Source of the DNA: a virus
Taxonomy: Duplodnaviria > Caudoviricetes
Length of the DNA: 43,094 nucleotides
Virus record (IMG/VR): IMGVR_UViG_3300050003_000007
Coordinates: 1 to 43,094 of that record
Direction: 5' to 3' (one strand)
Shown here one piece after another: positions 42,248 to 43,094 of this stretch. How positions within the stretch are numbered: position 1 is the stretch's first letter; the number at the start of each line of letters is the position of its first letter. Under the pieces are notes generated by a model. It did not search any database and had not been told where the DNA came from. It saw only the letters and a list, made by a program, of their open reading frames with translations. A program made the translations under genes and the position numbers.

Positions 42248-42664
42248 TTACCAGAGTTTTGTGTCGCCGGGACTTCGGGGAACGTGCGGTTTAGCCAAAA
42301 GACTGTCGTCCCCATAATGAATTGCATTGTGTGTGTCGTGCGTAGTACAAATCAAGTTCTCGAGATCCAGAGCCATGCGGGTTCCGTACTCGATATCTCT
42401 TTGCGTTAACGGATTCAGATGATGAACAATCAAACGAGAATGAATTTCGTATCCGTCGACGCCCAGGTCGCAACTGTTGTCTCGCAATATGACACAACGG
42501 CGCAATTCGCGCCAAGCTTTGGATGTGTAGAAGCGTTGATTGACCCAGCGATTGAAACCGAAGGTCTCACATCCCACTTGACCGTGCAGAGATAGGTATT
42601 TGAATCTTTCTTCGAACGTTTCGAACTGAATGAGCTCCGAATAAGTCTTAAACGTCGTAGTCAT
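42248..42664 (-). CDS. HNH endonuclease (packaging-associated type)
   Basis: W...R..VILRD..C, IVHHLNP, NLIC...THNAIH. Confidence 0.85.
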   Translation of the reverse strand: MTTTFKTYSELIQFETFEERFKYLSLHGQVGCETFGFNRWVNQRFYTSKAWRELRRCVILRDNSCDLGVDGYEIHSRLIVHHLNPLTQRDIEYGTRMALDLENLICTTHDTHNAIHYGDDSLLAKPHVPRSPGDTKLW

Positions 42665-43010
42665 CGTACTGAGGCTCCTCCTCATCGGGAAGATTGCCAC
42701 TATAAGCTCGCATAGCAGTCAAAGCGTTCTGAATCAGAGCTTCGGTTCGCATTTCAGACTGCATGTGTTCACGCTTGGTTTCCATAAGCGCAACTTCGTT
42801 CTTCAAACGCTGCTGTTCGAGCCTTTCCCGAGAAGATCCGAGCTTCAAGTAATGCGTAATGACTTGCGCCGAGGCCTCACCCGACCTCAACTGACGTTCA
42901 GCGAGGTCCACGGCGGCTTCGATGAGCTCATTCTCTCTTTCCTCAGGAGTTCTTGCTGGGGAGCGATTGGTCTCGCTCACTTCGTTACCAGTTCTCCTGC
43001 GGGATGCCAC
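42648..43010 (-). CDS. First gene, possible terminase small subunit
   Basis: 120-aa helical protein with GAAAGGAGG RBS at the genome end; function inferred from position only. Confidence 0.5.
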   Translation of the reverse strand: MASRRRTGNEVSETNRSPARTPEERENELIEAAVDLAERQLRSGEASAQVITHYLKLGSSRERLEQQRLKNEVALMETKREHMQSEMRTEALIQNALTAMRAYSGNLPDEEEPQYDDYDV

Positions 43011-43094
43011 TGTTTGGACCTCCTTTCAAACCACTTACAAAGACCTCCAGGGCAAAAACATTGCCGGAAAAATCCCCCCGGAGCTATTTTTGGG

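Larger units (their letters stand above)
1..43094 (-). mobile_element. Apparently complete tailed (siphovirus) bacteriophage genome, probably lytic with an actinobacterial host
   Basis: Full set of terminase, portal, capsid, tail, tape measure, lysis and replication genes, all co-oriented; short non-coding ends; no host genes, integrase or repressor seen. Confidence 0.93.

Noticed and set aside
1-43094. tRNA genes, integrase, attP or repressor
   Set aside because: No cloverleaf with T-loop and CCA, and no tyrosine or serine recombinase motifs, found by eye; a tRNAscan-SE or HMM run would be needed to exclude them fully

Overview
The window looks like an essentially complete ~43 kb siphovirus genome, probably infecting an actinobacterial host (inferred from the high-GC virion genes, the amidase type and the tail-tip proteins). 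Every credible gene is on the minus strand. I see no integrase or repressor, so it is probably lytic. Read from the right end, the order is: putative small terminase, HNH, stand-alone CW_7 protein and amidase, adaptor and fibre genes, an HYGxKGMKWG protein, a 2H phosphoesterase, TerL, portal, a protease-scaffold-capsid fusion, the tail module, a holin cassette, promoter-gene-terminator mini-cassettes, membrane-anchored paralogues, a 1245-aa helicase/primase/PolB fusion, SSB, many micro-ORFs with three structured intergenic RNA candidates nearby, an SF2 helicase, an AT-rich origin candidate, nucleases, and an 879-aa protein. The most interesting system centres on that 879-aa protein. It has the motif series of single-chain two-barrel (QDE-1/YonO-like) RNA polymerases (DG...QVR...KGM...RYP...LSGADFDGD...D-x-x-K) plus four HTH-like modules. 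The genome also carries five copies of a non-canonical promoter-like motif (TCGCARG-W4-ACA-N7-TAAT), one of them in front of the polymerase's own operon. The protein's N-terminal LAH-YG leader matches a hydrophobic-x-H-[GSA] motif repeated through the scaffold part of the capsid polyprotein. My inference is a compact, self-targeting, possibly virion-packaged phage RNA polymerase system. All family calls come from motif reading by eye, not database searches.
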